A stretch of DNA of 64,000 nucleotides, taken from positions 1 to 64,000 of the forward strand of contig JBNGIO010005679.1 in the NCBI GenBank assembly GCA_049999805.1. The letters are read 5' to 3'. The stretch is from Folioceros fuciformis. Taxonomy: Eukaryota. The position numbers and the translations under genes were made by a program. Within the stretch, counting starts at the first letter, position 1; the number at the start of each line of letters is the position of its first letter. The notes under the pieces were generated by a model. That model was not told the origin of the DNA. It did not search any database and worked only from the letters and a program-made list of their open reading frames with translations. Of the stretch, positions 63,276 through 64,000 are shown one piece after another.

Positions 63276-64000
63276 ATGGCGGACCTGGCTGGGTGTGGCC
63301 CACCAGGGAAATGGAGCTCGCTGGCCGCTGGCCCCTCTTGGGGGTCTGTAGGATCGCAAATGGAGGTGTCGTCGGAAACCGTGCGCAAGCTATGCCGGCA
63401 GGGGCGGCTCGACAAGACCGTTGAGGCTTTGGGAATTATGGTGCATTCCGATTGTCACGTCTCCAAATCCCTCTTTCATACGGTCCTCAGAGAATGTGTG
63501 GTCAAGAGGGATCTGGCTCTGGGTCGCCTAGTGCATGCTCTGTCTGTGAAGGTGGGATACGAGTCGGACACGGTCTTATGCAACCACATCCTGAGAATGT
63601 ATGGTTCTCAAGCCAGGTTGGGGGAAGCGATGGATGTGTTCACCATGGTTGCCAAACCGGATGCCTTCACGTGGTCTGCCCTGATATCTGCGCATGTGAA
63701 ACACGGGGAAGATAAGCAGGCCATAGAGCTGTATCGTCGGATGCGCGGGTCCAATGTGATGCCAGATGGCCATGTCTTTGTAGCAGCACTTCAGGCTTGT
63801 GCACGAGGGGCAGACTTGGAATCTGGGCAGCTGGTGCATGCTGATGTGGTGGCCACTGGCGTTGAGCCTGACTTGTTCGTCTGCAGTGGCTTGGTGGACA
63901 TGTACTCGAAGTGTGGCAACTTGGATGGCGCTCAGAGAGTGTTTGACGGGGTGCCTTTCAAAGATGTGGTGATGTGGAATACCATGATAGCAGGATATTC
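63276..64000 (+). CDS. PLS-class pentatricopeptide repeat protein (probable organellar RNA-editing factor), 3' incomplete
   Basis: Open frame from ATG 63276 (alternative 63360) to the window end: LCRQGRL, VLRECVVKRDLALGRLVHA, NHILRMYG, DAFTWSALISAH, FVAALQACA, GLVDMYSKCGNLDGAQRVFD, DVVMWNTMIAGY. Absent from the ORF track, presumably because it has no stop in the window. Confidence 0.93.
   Translation, partial: MADLAGCGPPGKWSSLAAGPSWGSVGSQMEVSSETVRKLCRQGRLDKTVEALGIMVHSDCHVSKSLFHTVLRECVVKRDLALGRLVHALSVKVGYESDTVLCNHILRMYGSQARLGEAMDVFTMVAKPDAFTWSALISAHVKHGEDKQAIELYRRMRGSNVMPDGHVFVAALQACARGADLESGQLVHADVVATGVEPDLFVCSGLVDMYSKCGNLDGAQRVFDGVPFKDVVMWNTMIAGY

Overview
Gene-dense nuclear DNA from a land plant. 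Mostly 70-130 nt introns, about 50% GC genes and PLS-type PPR genes fit a non-seed plant, most like a hornwort (inference, not confirmed). Genes in order: MEE60-family membrane protein (+), ABI5/AREB group-A bZIP (-), RUNKEL/ULK4 pseudokinase (-), ABCG11-like half transporter (-), ARID-ELM2-SANT chromatin protein (+), Pumilio/APUM (+), CPL4-like CTD phosphatase (+), an intronless GC-rich fungal-looking 14-TMS DHA2 MFS transporter (+), and a PLS PPR gene running off the window end (+). AT-rich decayed repeat blocks with minisatellites separate the genes. A nested retroelement cluster spans about 43.5-57 kb. There are five N gaps. Most notable: (1) a Ty1/copia element in permuted order (RNaseH-PPT-single LTR-gag-PR-INT-RT), suggesting integration of a 1-LTR circle; (2) the DHA2 transporter as a candidate fungus-to-plant gene transfer; (3) a cryptic multi-intron unit just downstream of RUNKEL; (4) a UGUA-rich Pumilio 3' region containing a perfect site for its own recognition code; (5) a spliced uORF just upstream of CPL4. 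I found no tRNA, rRNA or CRISPR. All assignments come from motif recognition by eye; no database searches were run.
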